NCBI GenBank assembly: GCA_963630775.1
Contig: CAVGNU010000001.1
Span: forward strand, 28,607 to 92,606
Direction of reading: 5' to 3'
Length of the DNA stretch: 64,000 nt
From: Bacteroides fragilis
GTDB lineage: Bacteria > Pseudomonadota > Alphaproteobacteria > Rs-D84
Below the pieces are notes generated by a model. It was not told the origin of the DNA. It searched no databases and worked only from the letters and a program-made list of their open reading frames with translations. Positions 18,722 through 27,882 of this stretch are shown here, piece by piece. The position numbers and the translations under genes are program-made. Every line of letters starts with the position of its first letter. The stretch's first letter is position 1.

Positions 18722-18795
18722 TGGTTGGGGCGCACGGATTCGAACCATGATAAAGAGAACCAAAATCTCTTGTCCTACCATTAGACGACACCCCA
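18722..18795 (-). tRNA. tRNA-Gln (anticodon UUG)
   Basis: Hand-folded: TGGGGTG acceptor (U1-A72 as in Gln), D-stem GTCT/GGAC, anticodon stem AGAGA/TCTCT with loop TTTTGGT, T-arm CATGG-TTCGAAT-CCGTG, CGCCCCA-A-CCA. Confidence 0.85.
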
Positions 18796-19002
18796 AAGGC
18801 GTCTATGATTATAAATATCTTTTGCTTTTTTGCAATAATAAAAATGTGCGCGTGGCAACATAACATCAAAAAAATGCATTTTTTGTGTTTTTGTACTTGC
18901 TTTTAATTGTTTTGTAAATATAATCATTCAAGTTTTTAATAATTAAAAGTGTTTTAATCATTAAAAGGGAACAATCACACCATCTGCCAAAAGGGGGCAA
19001 AA

Positions 19003-19452
19003 ATGGCTCGCAAAGAATTTATTCGTTTGATGGAATCAAATATACTGGCTTTGGACAAGTTGGCGGAACGCCTGCGCAAAGAACCGCTGGATTCGGGAAT
19101 TTACCCAAAGAACCAGATGACTGTTCTGGTGCGCCTGCATATGGGCGGTCGTGCGCGGTTAAAGGAAATTGCACGTCGCGAACTGGTTCCAACGCCGAAT
19201 TTGTGTGCGACATTTCGCAAACTGGAACGCGATGGTATGGTTACACGCACTATTGATGAAAACGATCGTCGTAACACGTGGTATGAATGCACGGCGGCGG
19301 GGGCCAAGGTGGCAGAAAAGGCATTGGATGGTTTTCGCAATGCATTGACCCGCATGTTCGAAAGCGTCACCCCAGAAGACGAAGTGGCATTGACAGGTGC
19401 GTTGAAAACAATGAACAGCATTTTAGTAAAGATGGAGTTAAAAAATGCGTAA
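19003..19452 (+). CDS. MarR-family transcriptional regulator
   Basis: Winged-helix MarR pattern (…LVRLHMGGRARLKEIARRELV…FRKLERDGMVTR…DRRN…). First gene of the efflux operon. Confidence 0.85.
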   Translation: MARKEFIRLMESNILALDKLAERLRKEPLDSGIYPKNQMTVLVRLHMGGRARLKEIARRELVPTPNLCATFRKLERDGMVTRTIDENDRRNTWYECTAAGAKVAEKALDGFRNALTRMFESVTPEDEVALTGALKTMNSILVKMELKNA

Positions 19453-20776
19453 AATCGGACGTGCTATGGCAATTTTCTGTGGCACGGTTGCGGCCATGAC
19501 GGCAAATGCGAATGCAATGGATTTGTCGTTGGACGCGGCTGTGGACAAGATTTTGGCCGAATCCCAAGACCTGAAAAAGGCAGATGCGAATGTAAAGAAG
19601 GCACAGGCATCATTAGACGTTGCCAATTCCAATCGTTGGTTCAAGATTGATGGCAGTGTATCATACATGAATCTGATAAATGTCAAAGAGCCATTCAAGT
19701 CATACGGCGTGAACCTGACACCAGAAATGGGCGGTATTTTGGCCAAGACATTAGGGGTCGAGGTAAATCATATTGATGTTCCTGATAATATCTTTATGGC
19801 GGGCGTGAATGTCAGCCAGCCGATTTACACATTTGGCAAAATTGGCAACGCGGTTGATGGCGTGCGCAGTGCGATAAAGATGGCAGAGTCCGGACGCGAA
19901 GCCACCCGTCGTGAAATCAAATACAGCGCGGTCGACATTTATTGGACGGCAAAAATGACGGACGAAATCGTCAAGATTTCAAAGCAGGATTTGGAATCTG
20001 CGCGTCGTGCAAAGCAGAGTTTGACGTCCGCCGGTCGTGCAAATCGCGGCAATTTGGTTAAAATCGAATCTGATATTGCGATCAAGGAAATCAACCTGTC
20101 TGATGCCGAATTTAATCGTGACACCGCATACAGAATGTTAAAGATTCTGGCGGGTATTGATATGGACGAAGAAATCACATTGACCGATGAATTTCCAACC
20201 GCATTTGATGATTTGAATGCGCCACAATTCAAGACCACACCAAAATTGCAGGCGATGGCGGATCAGGTTGCCATGTATGAAAAGCAGGCACGTTCGAAAC
20301 GCGCGGGTGCATACCCAACATTGGCGGCGGTTGGTTCGTACAGTTACTTGGCATTGGACAAAGATTTTAACAACATGTTCAACCGTAACAACAGCCAGTC
20401 CGCATATTGGGGTTTGTCGTTGCAAGTTCCTATTTTCAGCGGCGGGGTAAATCGTGCCAACGCCACGGTCGAGGCCATGAATGCCGAAGCCGCACATCAG
20501 GACTTGGACAAGGCCCAGAAAATGACATCCGAAGAATACACACGTGCGGTTGATAAATACAACCACCTGCGTGGTAATTTGAAGACATTGGAAAATGCAC
20601 GTAATTTGGCGGCCAAGGCATACGGCATTTCCAGCGATCGTTTCGCCGCGGGTCAAACATCTGCGGTTGAATTGGCCGAAGTGTCCGCGGGTCTGTACCA
20701 GTTGGATATGGCTCTGCTGAATGCAAAGTACAATATTCTGATGTCGGCAGAATCAGTTGAAAAGTTAGGTGAATAA
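19445..20776 (+). CDS. TolC-like outer membrane efflux protein
   Basis: Signal peptide. Two OEP repeats with coiled-coil-forming segments. Overlaps marR by 8 nt. Confidence 0.85.
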   Translation: MRKIGRAMAIFCGTVAAMTANANAMDLSLDAAVDKILAESQDLKKADANVKKAQASLDVANSNRWFKIDGSVSYMNLINVKEPFKSYGVNLTPEMGGILAKTLGVEVNHIDVPDNIFMAGVNVSQPIYTFGKIGNAVDGVRSAIKMAESGREATRREIKYSAVDIYWTAKMTDEIVKISKQDLESARRAKQSLTSAGRANRGNLVKIESDIAIKEINLSDAEFNRDTAYRMLKILAGIDMDEEITLTDEFPTAFDDLNAPQFKTTPKLQAMADQVAMYEKQARSKRAGAYPTLAAVGSYSYLALDKDFNNMFNRNNSQSAYWGLSLQVPIFSGGVNRANATVEAMNAEAAHQDLDKAQKMTSEEYTRAVDKYNHLRGNLKTLENARNLAAKAYGISSDRFAAGQTSAVELAEVSAGLYQLDMALLNAKYNILMSAESVEKLGE

Positions 20777-20778
20777 AG

Positions 20779-21387
20779 ATGGAAAAGTTACAACATTTGA
20801 TAGAACAGTTAAAGCAGCCCCGTGCGCGCAAAATCATGTCGATTGGCGTGGTTGTTGTGCTGATCTTGTGGGTGGTATTTCGCTTTACAATGATTGGTAT
20901 TGAAAATGCGCGTTCGGTCTATAATGCGGCGCGTGTTGCGCAAACAGATGGTGTGCCGGTTGTTGTTCAGCAAATTGAACGTACATCTGGCGTATTGCGT
21001 GAGCCGATTGCGGTAAAAAGCAACCGCGCATATGTTGCGTCGGGGCGCGCACATAAGTTCGGTGCGGGCCAGCATGTTGCAGGTGGCGTGATTGTATCTG
21101 TGTCGCCTGATATTGATTTGGATTCTGGTATGCACGTTGTACGCACGCGTGGTGTTGCGGACGGTTTGCAGTATGCGGAATTTCGTGCAACGGGTTATTT
21201 TGTGCCGGTATACGCTGTAAATAATGGCGTTGTTATGGTTGTTGATGGCAACATTGCACGTGCCCGCAACATTGTTGTTGCGCGCCAAGATGCCGAAAAT
21301 GCACTGATTTCGTCTGGTCTGACCGATGATGATATTGTTATTCTGACGCGCGTACGCGATGGTGAAAAAATTCAAGTAAAGAAATAA
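20779..21387 (+). CDS. short (202 aa) periplasmic adaptor/membrane-fusion-like protein
   Basis: N-terminal TM anchor then beta-rich domain. Sits between the outer membrane protein and the RND gene where an MFP is expected, but lacks the alpha-hairpin and lipoyl regions. Confidence 0.45.
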   Translation: MEKLQHLIEQLKQPRARKIMSIGVVVVLILWVVFRFTMIGIENARSVYNAARVAQTDGVPVVVQQIERTSGVLREPIAVKSNRAYVASGRAHKFGAGQHVAGGVIVSVSPDIDLDSGMHVVRTRGVADGLQYAEFRATGYFVPVYAVNNGVVMVVDGNIARARNIVVARQDAENALISSGLTDDDIVILTRVRDGEKIQVKK

Positions 21388-21396
21388 GGGGAAAAA

Positions 21397-24300
21397 ATGT
21401 TAAAGTTTTTCGTTCGCAGACCCGTCACAACCGTTATGTTTGTTTTGATGTGGGTCGTATTGGGGTTAGTTTCATTTCCACAGATGAACATTGAACGTAC
21501 GCCGTCGTTGGACTTTCCAATGGTGACGGTATCGTTCGTGTATCCTGGGGCATCGCCTGCGGAAATTGAATCACAGGTTATGAAAAAGGCCGAAGACGCC
21601 ATGTCAGAGGTTGCAGGCCTGAAAAAACTGACGTCACAGGCATATGAAAACGGCGGTTACGTTATGGCTGAATTTAATTTGGGCGTAAACGTCAACGATA
21701 AATCCAGCGAGGTTAAATCAAAAATCGACGCACTGTCATCTGAATTTCCAGATGCGTTAAAGCAACCTGTTGTTGAAAAATTGAACCCATTGCAGGAATC
21801 GGTTGTTGATATCGTTTTGCGTGGGGCGTCTGCGCGCGATTTGCAAGAATATGTTGATAACATCTTGGCAAATAAAATTACTGCGACCAAGGGCGTTGCC
21901 AGTGTGTCTGTATTCGGTGGTGAAAATCGTGCAATTCGCGTTGAAATGAACCCAGAACTGATGGCGGCGCGTGGTGCAACGGTTATGGACGTCGTGTCTG
22001 CATTGGCGGCGCGCAACCTGAACGTACCTGGGGGTAAAATTGAAACATCGGCAAATTCATCAAACGTTCGTTTTATTGGTGAATTTGCATCTGTTGACGA
22101 AATTGCGAAGCTGCATCTGACCACGGTCGAAGGCGCGCGTTTCAAACTGTCTGATGTTGCAACAATTACCGATGCGGCGCGTGATATTGAAACAGGTGCA
22201 CGTTACAATGGCGAACCAGTCGTGATTGCATCTGTGGTCAAGGCATCTGATGGTAACGCAATTAAAATTTCACAGGCACTGCGTAATAAGATGCCAGAAT
22301 TACAGGCCGATATGCAGACCCGTTTCCCAGACGCCACAATGGAAATTATTTCGGATTCGTCAATTGCGGTTGCCGATGAAACAAACAGCACAATTGATGG
22401 TATCGTTTTGGGTATTATCTTTACAGTATTGGTTCTGTTGGCGTTCACGCGTAACTGGCGTTCAACAATTATTGCGGGTGTTGTGATTCCTGCGTCATTG
22501 GTTGCTGGTTTCTTCTTTATGGACGGCAGTGGATTTACAATCAACGCAATGACATTGTTGGCGTATTCATCGGCATTGGGTACGTTGGTGTCAAACGCAA
22601 TTATTATGATTGAATCTGCATTGCAAGAAATGCGTGCGGGCAAAGACCCAGAAAACGCTGCAATCGATGGTACGAAAAAGGTTGCGGTATCTGTTCTGGC
22701 GGGTGTCGGAACAAACGTCGTGGTGTTCTTGCCATTGGCATTTATGGGCGGTATCGTTGGCCAGTTTATGGTTCAGTTCGGTATGACCGTTGTGTACCTG
22801 ACGTTGTTGTCTTTGCTGTTCAGTTTCACATTGACCCCGATGATGATTGCAAAAATTTTGCGCCTGTCATCTGATGCTGCACAAAAAAAGGCAAAAAAGG
22901 CGGTGGCCATCGCGGCGGAATCACCGGCGGTTGCGCGTCTGCACAAATGGTTTGATACGCAATACAATCACCCATGGCGCGTTGTTGGATTGTCGGTTGC
23001 AATCTTTATTGCATCAATGTCATTGGTTCGGTTTGTTGGAAACGAATTTACACCATCAACCGATAACAATGAAATCAATATTACGGCGCGTGCACCAATG
23101 GGTGCAACATTTGAAAAATCCCGCGATATTGCATCGCAAATTGAAAACGAATTAAAAGATTTCAAAGAGGTCAAATCAATATCTGTGAAAATCGGTGAAC
23201 GTGGTCTGCAAAATATCAAGATCAAGGTTGAATTGGTTGACCGTGATGACCGCAGATTGTCTGACAAGGAACTGTCACGCCGTATGTTGCCCCGCTTGGC
23301 AACAATCCCAGATGCCGAAATCCAGATTCGTGCAGGCGCGTCTATGTCATCGTCTATATCGTCTGATATGGTTTTGAATATCACTGGCGAGGATGATGCA
23401 ACGCGCGAAGCGTACGCCACGCGCGCAATCGAATTGATAAACCAGATACCAGAGGTTCAAAGTGCGGTTCGCGCCCAGCAAACCCCGGGTAACGAAATCA
23501 AATTCATACCTGATGAAGACAAGATGAATTTCTGGGGGGTGAAAAATTCGTATGCGGGTTCAACATTGCGTACGGCATTGTTTGGTAATGACGATTACAA
23601 GTACAAGGAAGCGGGCGAAGAATATCCAATCGTTTTGGAATTTGCCAAACCGTTCAAGACCGCTGAAATGTTTGATAATGTGTATGTGAACTCGCAAAAG
23701 GGTATGGTTGCGTTGTCATCACTGGGTAAAATTGAAAACACAGCCGCGACACCAAACATCAGTCGTCTGGACAAGAACAGAATTACCGAAATCGATATCA
23801 ATATCGGTAAATCCACAATAGGCCCTGTTCAGGCCAAGATTCAGTCCGCGCTGAACACCATTGATTGGGACGCGGGTTATGGTGCTGAATTTGGTGGTAT
23901 GTCCGAAATTCAAGACGAAACAACCGGCGAAATCGGTCAGGCGTTCTTCTTGGCAACCGTGCTGACGTTTATGTTGCTGGCGGCCATTATGAATTCCTTG
24001 GCGCACCCATTCACAATCGCAACGTCAATTTTGACATCGTTTGCGGGCGTGTTTGTAATGTTGTTCCTGTCGGGGGCGTCAATGAACGTTGGTGCTATGT
24101 TGGCATTCGTTATGTTGGTTGGTCTGGTGGTGAATAACAATATTCTGGTGCTGGAACCAACAATCGCGCGTGTTAAAGGTGGCGAAGATGCCAAATCCGC
24201 CCTGTGGACAGAACTGAACGACAAACGCTATATGGTGTTGATGACATCAATCGCGGTTATCACCGGTATGGTGCCCCAGTTGTGGTCGGCCGACGGTATG

Positions 24301-24426
24301 AAGGTCGCAATGGCCGCTGTTATGATTGGTGGTATGTTGGCCAGTTTGATATTCACATTCACACTGACGCCTGCATTGTTCTTTATCATTGAACGTGCAC
24401 GTCGTCGTGTGCAACGCAAAAATTAA
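21397..24426 (+). CDS. RND-family multidrug efflux transporter (AcrB/MexB-like)
   Basis: 1009 aa, 12 TM, N-terminus MLKFFVRRPVTTVMFVL. Two large periplasmic loops. Confidence 0.95.
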   Translation: MLKFFVRRPVTTVMFVLMWVVLGLVSFPQMNIERTPSLDFPMVTVSFVYPGASPAEIESQVMKKAEDAMSEVAGLKKLTSQAYENGGYVMAEFNLGVNVNDKSSEVKSKIDALSSEFPDALKQPVVEKLNPLQESVVDIVLRGASARDLQEYVDNILANKITATKGVASVSVFGGENRAIRVEMNPELMAARGATVMDVVSALAARNLNVPGGKIETSANSSNVRFIGEFASVDEIAKLHLTTVEGARFKLSDVATITDAARDIETGARYNGEPVVIASVVKASDGNAIKISQALRNKMPELQADMQTRFPDATMEIISDSSIAVADETNSTIDGIVLGIIFTVLVLLAFTRNWRSTIIAGVVIPASLVAGFFFMDGSGFTINAMTLLAYSSALGTLVSNAIIMIESALQEMRAGKDPENAAIDGTKKVAVSVLAGVGTNVVVFLPLAFMGGIVGQFMVQFGMTVVYLTLLSLLFSFTLTPMMIAKILRLSSDAAQKKAKKAVAIAAESPAVARLHKWFDTQYNHPWRVVGLSVAIFIASMSLVRFVGNEFTPSTDNNEINITARAPMGATFEKSRDIASQIENELKDFKEVKSISVKIGERGLQNIKIKVELVDRDDRRLSDKELSRRMLPRLATIPDAEIQIRAGASMSSSISSDMVLNITGEDDATREAYATRAIELINQIPEVQSAVRAQQTPGNEIKFIPDEDKMNFWGVKNSYAGSTLRTALFGNDDYKYKEAGEEYPIVLEFAKPFKTAEMFDNVYVNSQKGMVALSSLGKIENTAATPNISRLDKNRITEIDINIGKSTIGPVQAKIQSALNTIDWDAGYGAEFGGMSEIQDETTGEIGQAFFLATVLTFMLLAAIMNSLAHPFTIATSILTSFAGVFVMLFLSGASMNVGAMLAFVMLVGLVVNNNILVLEPTIARVKGGEDAKSALWTELNDKRYMVLMTSIAVITGMVPQLWSADGMKVAMAAVMIGGMLASLIFTFTLTPALFFIIERARRRVQRKN

Positions 24427-24449
24427 AAAAACGGGGCAATGCCCCGTTT
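24425..24449. terminator. bidirectional terminator between RND gene and convergent cys-rich gene
   Basis: AAAAAAACGGGGCAATGCCCCGTTT. Confidence 0.7.
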
Positions 24450-24450
24450 C

Positions 24451-24888
24451 CTAGTTGCTGTAATAGCACGGTTGAGTGTATTCAAATGTGCCAGTGCTAT
24501 CAGTACCGCTTGTTACATAACATTCGGTTACACTTGTTGCACCCGTACCCGCAGTGCTGCCGTTATCTGGACATTGTGTACAAGTTTGTTTTCTTTCAGT
24601 TGGTGTACCATAATAGCCGACATCGCATATGTATGTGGTGGATGTGCTGCAGAGGACGAAATTGCTATCTGCTTTTGTGAATCCACATGTTACCAATTGT
24701 TCAGGAGTTTCCACACGTATTACGCCATTACCCAGACTTGTGTATGTTGCAGCTGTACTTTGGCAACAGTTTTCCGTACATTCTGTTTGGTTTATGTTAT
24801 ACAGACACGCGCCACAGCAGTTATGGGCACCATATGATGGTGACAAGGTCAACGATACCAGTGTTCCGGTCAGTATCAATTTTTTCAT
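24451..24888 (-). CDS. secreted cysteine-rich protein (18 Cys in ~125-aa mature part) with a CxxCP…C module
   Basis: AAGGAGG RBS 6 nt before ATG at 24888. Signal peptide MKKLILTGTLVSLTLSPSYGA. CC doublets and a CTQCPDNGS…TEC motif reminiscent of eukaryotic ephrin-receptor-like/TNFR Cys-rich repeats. Confidence 0.6.
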   Translation of the reverse strand: MKKLILTGTLVSLTLSPSYGAHNCCGACLYNINQTECTENCCQSTAATYTSLGNGVIRVETPEQLVTCGFTKADSNFVLCSTSTTYICDVGYYGTPTERKQTCTQCPDNGSTAGTGATSVTECYVTSGTDSTGTFEYTQPCYYSN

Positions 24889-25182
24889 TCTAACCTCCTT
24901 GTTTTTCACGAATGAAAAACCGCCAACAAATCAAAGGCGGTTGGAGGTTAGCGACTATCTTGTAAATAGTGGTGGTATTCAAAATATTTCCACGCCCTCC
25001 AACCAGTGGGCTGGAGATAAAAAATACATACCATCACGCATGTATGCCTGCGTACAAGAAAGGGTCGCTAAACCCCGTTGTCAGTTGCTCTTGACAACAT
25101 TCTCATAATAACAATATAAAAATTGCGGTGCAAGCAAAAGATTGTTACAATAACGCCCGAAACATACAAAAGGATTTGTAAT

Positions 25183-25785
25183 ATGCTAATGAAACAAGAT
25201 GTCGTTGTGTTTGATTTTGATGGCACGTTGTCGGCGCGTGATTCAAATGTGGAATTTGGCCGGTATTGCTTTCGCCACTCGCTGCGTCCATGGTTGTTTT
25301 TGCCATTGATGGCGGTTGCGGCGGTTGTGCGTATGTTTAACCCGGCGGGCATTTGGTGGCGCGAAAAAATGCGCCGGTTTTTAACGGCCGATGTGGTTGC
25401 GCGTTTCGCCCCTGATTTTATTAAACAGCATAAAATGGAACGCTTTGGCTGGGCACGGGAACAGGTTGCGTCCGAACGTGCGGCGGGGCGCAAGGTGGTT
25501 CTGATTTCGGCCAGTGCGGATTACCTGGTGCCACAATTGGTGCGTGATATTAAATTTGATGCGGTGTTGACATCGCAAATGGACGCGACCGCCCCATGGA
25601 AATATAAATTCCTGTGCTGGGGCGCGAACAAGGTTGTTGCACTGGACACATGGGCATCAAAAAATAAAATCATACCGCGTGTCGTGCGCAGTTATTCGGA
25701 CAGCCCATCTGATATGCCACTGATGGAAATCGCCGCCGAACAGGTATGGGTTGATGCAAAAACAGGCCTGCGAAAACATGCCTAG
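25183..25785 (+). CDS. HAD-IB family hydrolase
   Basis: AAGGA RBS. HAD motif I VVVFDFDGTL. Cap domain. Motif IV near the C-terminus. Confidence 0.6.
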   Translation: MLMKQDVVVFDFDGTLSARDSNVEFGRYCFRHSLRPWLFLPLMAVAAVVRMFNPAGIWWREKMRRFLTADVVARFAPDFIKQHKMERFGWAREQVASERAAGRKVVLISASADYLVPQLVRDIKFDAVLTSQMDATAPWKYKFLCWGANKVVALDTWASKNKIIPRVVRSYSDSPSDMPLMEIAAEQVWVDAKTGLRKHA

Positions 25786-25797
25786 GGCGCAAAGCAA

Positions 25798-25840
25798 ATA
25801 AATCCGTTATAATCCGCACATGGTTATAACGGATTTTTTA
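25798..25840 (+). terminator. rho-independent terminator after HAD gene
   Basis: AATCCGTTATAA-tccgcacatgg-TTATAACGGATT stem followed by TTTTT. Confidence 0.65.
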
Positions 25841-26086
25841 TATGATTTTTCGGTGGGTATTGCATGCGCATTGGTCGGTGCGTTGATAAGTACGATGTTT
25901 TCGCGTCGTAAAACGCGTCGCCTGACCAGTGAAATTGTATTGCGCCGTCGCGATTTGGACGCATTGCGATTGGAAAATAACCGATTACTGGAAACAATTA
26001 AAAACCGCGAAACCCAAATTTTGGAATTGCAAAAGAAAATCTTGGACACGCATTCCCCCACAAAAGTCAAACGCCGCGGTAAATAG
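25820..26086 (+). CDS. small membrane/coiled-coil protein resembling the RmuC N-terminus (possible gene fragment)
   Basis: TM segment FSVGIACALVGALISTMF and heptad region mirror the first ~80 aa of the downstream RmuC. Its ATG lies inside the terminator loop and has no RBS. Confidence 0.3.
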   Translation: MVITDFLYDFSVGIACALVGALISTMFSRRKTRRLTSEIVLRRRDLDALRLENNRLLETIKNRETQILELQKKILDTHSPTKVKRRGK

Positions 26087-26138
26087 TGCGGCCGGCTTGC
26101 TATTTGGTTTTTTTATTGTATAATCCCCGAAAAGAGGT

Positions 26139-27380
26139 TTGCGCATGGATTTTATTGCTTTTTTCGTTGGGACTGCGGTCGGTTGCATACTGGGCGCATT
26201 GGTCACGGCATTGTTTGCCAAACATCCCGATGACAGCCGTATAGAGGTTGCCCAGTTAAAGGCGCTATTACAGCAACAGCGTGGCGAAATTGATCGTATG
26301 CGCGCCGAAAACAGCGCCTTACAACAGAGTGCCGCCGAAAAAAAGCAAGAGGTTGAAACCCTGACGCGTGTCCGCGAAAAAATGCTGAATGATTTCAAGG
26401 CGATTTCCAGTGAACTGATTGAAAAACAAAAAGAATCCGTTAAAGAGACCCAGAAAATCGTGTTGACCCCCGTGCAAAACGAAATGAAGGCATTGAAAGA
26501 GGGCTTTGAACAGAAAGTCACCGAAATGTTAAAGACCACGACGGAAAACAAAACCAGCATAGATGAACAAATCAAAAATATGCTGAGCAAGAGTGAATCA
26601 TTACAGCAAGAGGCAACCAATCTGGCCAACGCGTTGAAAAATAAAAAGAGTCAGGGTTGCTGGGGCGAAATGTATCTGGAAAACATTCTGGAAATGTTGG
26701 GCTTTGTCGAAGGGGTTGATTACACCAAGGAAGAATTTACACGTGTTGATGACGGCAAAAACATCCGTCCTGATTTTATTGTGAATCTGCCGGGGAATCG
26801 CCGTATCATTATTGATTCCAAGGTTTCTATGGAAAGTTATCTGCAATATGAAAACGCCGAAACCGACGAAGAACGCGAAAAATATGCCAAGGATTTTGTC
26901 GCCGCGACCGAGGCACACATAAACGAACTGTCCGACAAAGATTACCAGAAAAAGGTCAAAGATTCTGGCTTGGATTACGTGTTTATGTTTATGCCATTGG
27001 AATCTGCATACGTTTTGGCAATGCGCAGAAAACCGGAATTGTATTCCAGTGCGCAGAATAAAAACGTTGCGATTATTACATCGTCGCTGCTGTTCCCAAT
27101 GCTGAAAACCGTGGAATTGTTGTTAAAGATGGACAAACAAAACAAGAACGTAACAGAGGTTATTGCGCTGGTCAACGATTTGTATGAAAAATATTCTGGG
27201 TTTGTTGATAACTTTAACGCGGTCGGCAAAAGCATAGAATCCGCGATGAAAACATATAATAATGCACGCGGGCAACTGACCGACGGGCGTGGAAATATGT
27301 CCAGATTGTTCGATAGGATCAAAGACAAAAGTGGAATAACAACTAATAAAAAAATCGCATTGGAATATAAAGATGAATAA
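26139..27380 (+). CDS. rmuC: DNA recombination protein RmuC
   Basis: N-terminal TM, long coiled coil, and C-terminal RmuC nuclease-like domain (…IRPDFIVNLPGNRRIIIDSKVSMESY…). Confidence 0.85.
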   Translation: MRMDFIAFFVGTAVGCILGALVTALFAKHPDDSRIEVAQLKALLQQQRGEIDRMRAENSALQQSAAEKKQEVETLTRVREKMLNDFKAISSELIEKQKESVKETQKIVLTPVQNEMKALKEGFEQKVTEMLKTTTENKTSIDEQIKNMLSKSESLQQEATNLANALKNKKSQGCWGEMYLENILEMLGFVEGVDYTKEEFTRVDDGKNIRPDFIVNLPGNRRIIIDSKVSMESYLQYENAETDEEREKYAKDFVAATEAHINELSDKDYQKKVKDSGLDYVFMFMPLESAYVLAMRRKPELYSSAQNKNVAIITSSLLFPMLKTVELLLKMDKQNKNVTEVIALVNDLYEKYSGFVDNFNAVGKSIESAMKTYNNARGQLTDGRGNMSRLFDRIKDKSGITTNKKIALEYKDE

Positions 27381-27882
27381 ATTGCAAATGAAACTTTGTG
27401 GCGATTTGGTTCTGCGTGAAAAATGCGCACCGGTTGAACAAATTACGCCCGATATGTTGAAAATAATGGACGAAATGGTTGATATGATGCGCGATCAATC
27501 GGGCGTCGGTTTGGCCGCACCCCAGGTCGGCGTTTTGCAACGATTTTTGGTCATGATGAATCCTGACACCGAACAGGTATTCAAAATGATAAATCCAAAA
27601 ATAATTTTGCGCAGTGCCGATACCTGCACAATGGAAGAGGGCTGTCTGTCCGTGCTGGGGCCCGATAACCTGCCGGTATATTCAAATGTGACGCGTCCCG
27701 CATCGGTCGTTGTTGAATGGACCGATGAAAACGGCATGTCCCAAGGGGCGGAAATGTCTGGTTTGCCGGCGCGAATTGTTCAGCACGAAACAGATCATTT
27801 GGACGGTATATTGTTTATCGATTATCTGACGCCGGTGCGTCGCGAAATGGTTATGCGCAAGGTAAGGAAACACAAAGCATGA
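27373..27882 (+). CDS. def: peptide deformylase
   Basis: Motifs GVGLAAPQVG, EGCLSV, HETDHLDG. Confidence 0.9.
   Translation: MNKLQMKLCGDLVLREKCAPVEQITPDMLKIMDEMVDMMRDQSGVGLAAPQVGVLQRFLVMMNPDTEQVFKMINPKIILRSADTCTMEEGCLSVLGPDNLPVYSNVTRPASVVVEWTDENGMSQGAEMSGLPARIVQHETDHLDGILFIDYLTPVRREMVMRKVRKHKA

Noticed and set aside
18651-18869. 72-aa and 68-aa ORFs and the 5' extension of the 129-aa ORF (18592-18735)
   Set aside because: They overlap tRNA-Gln. The GIY-YIG gene has a good internal start (MFYVYLIRS) that avoids the tRNA.
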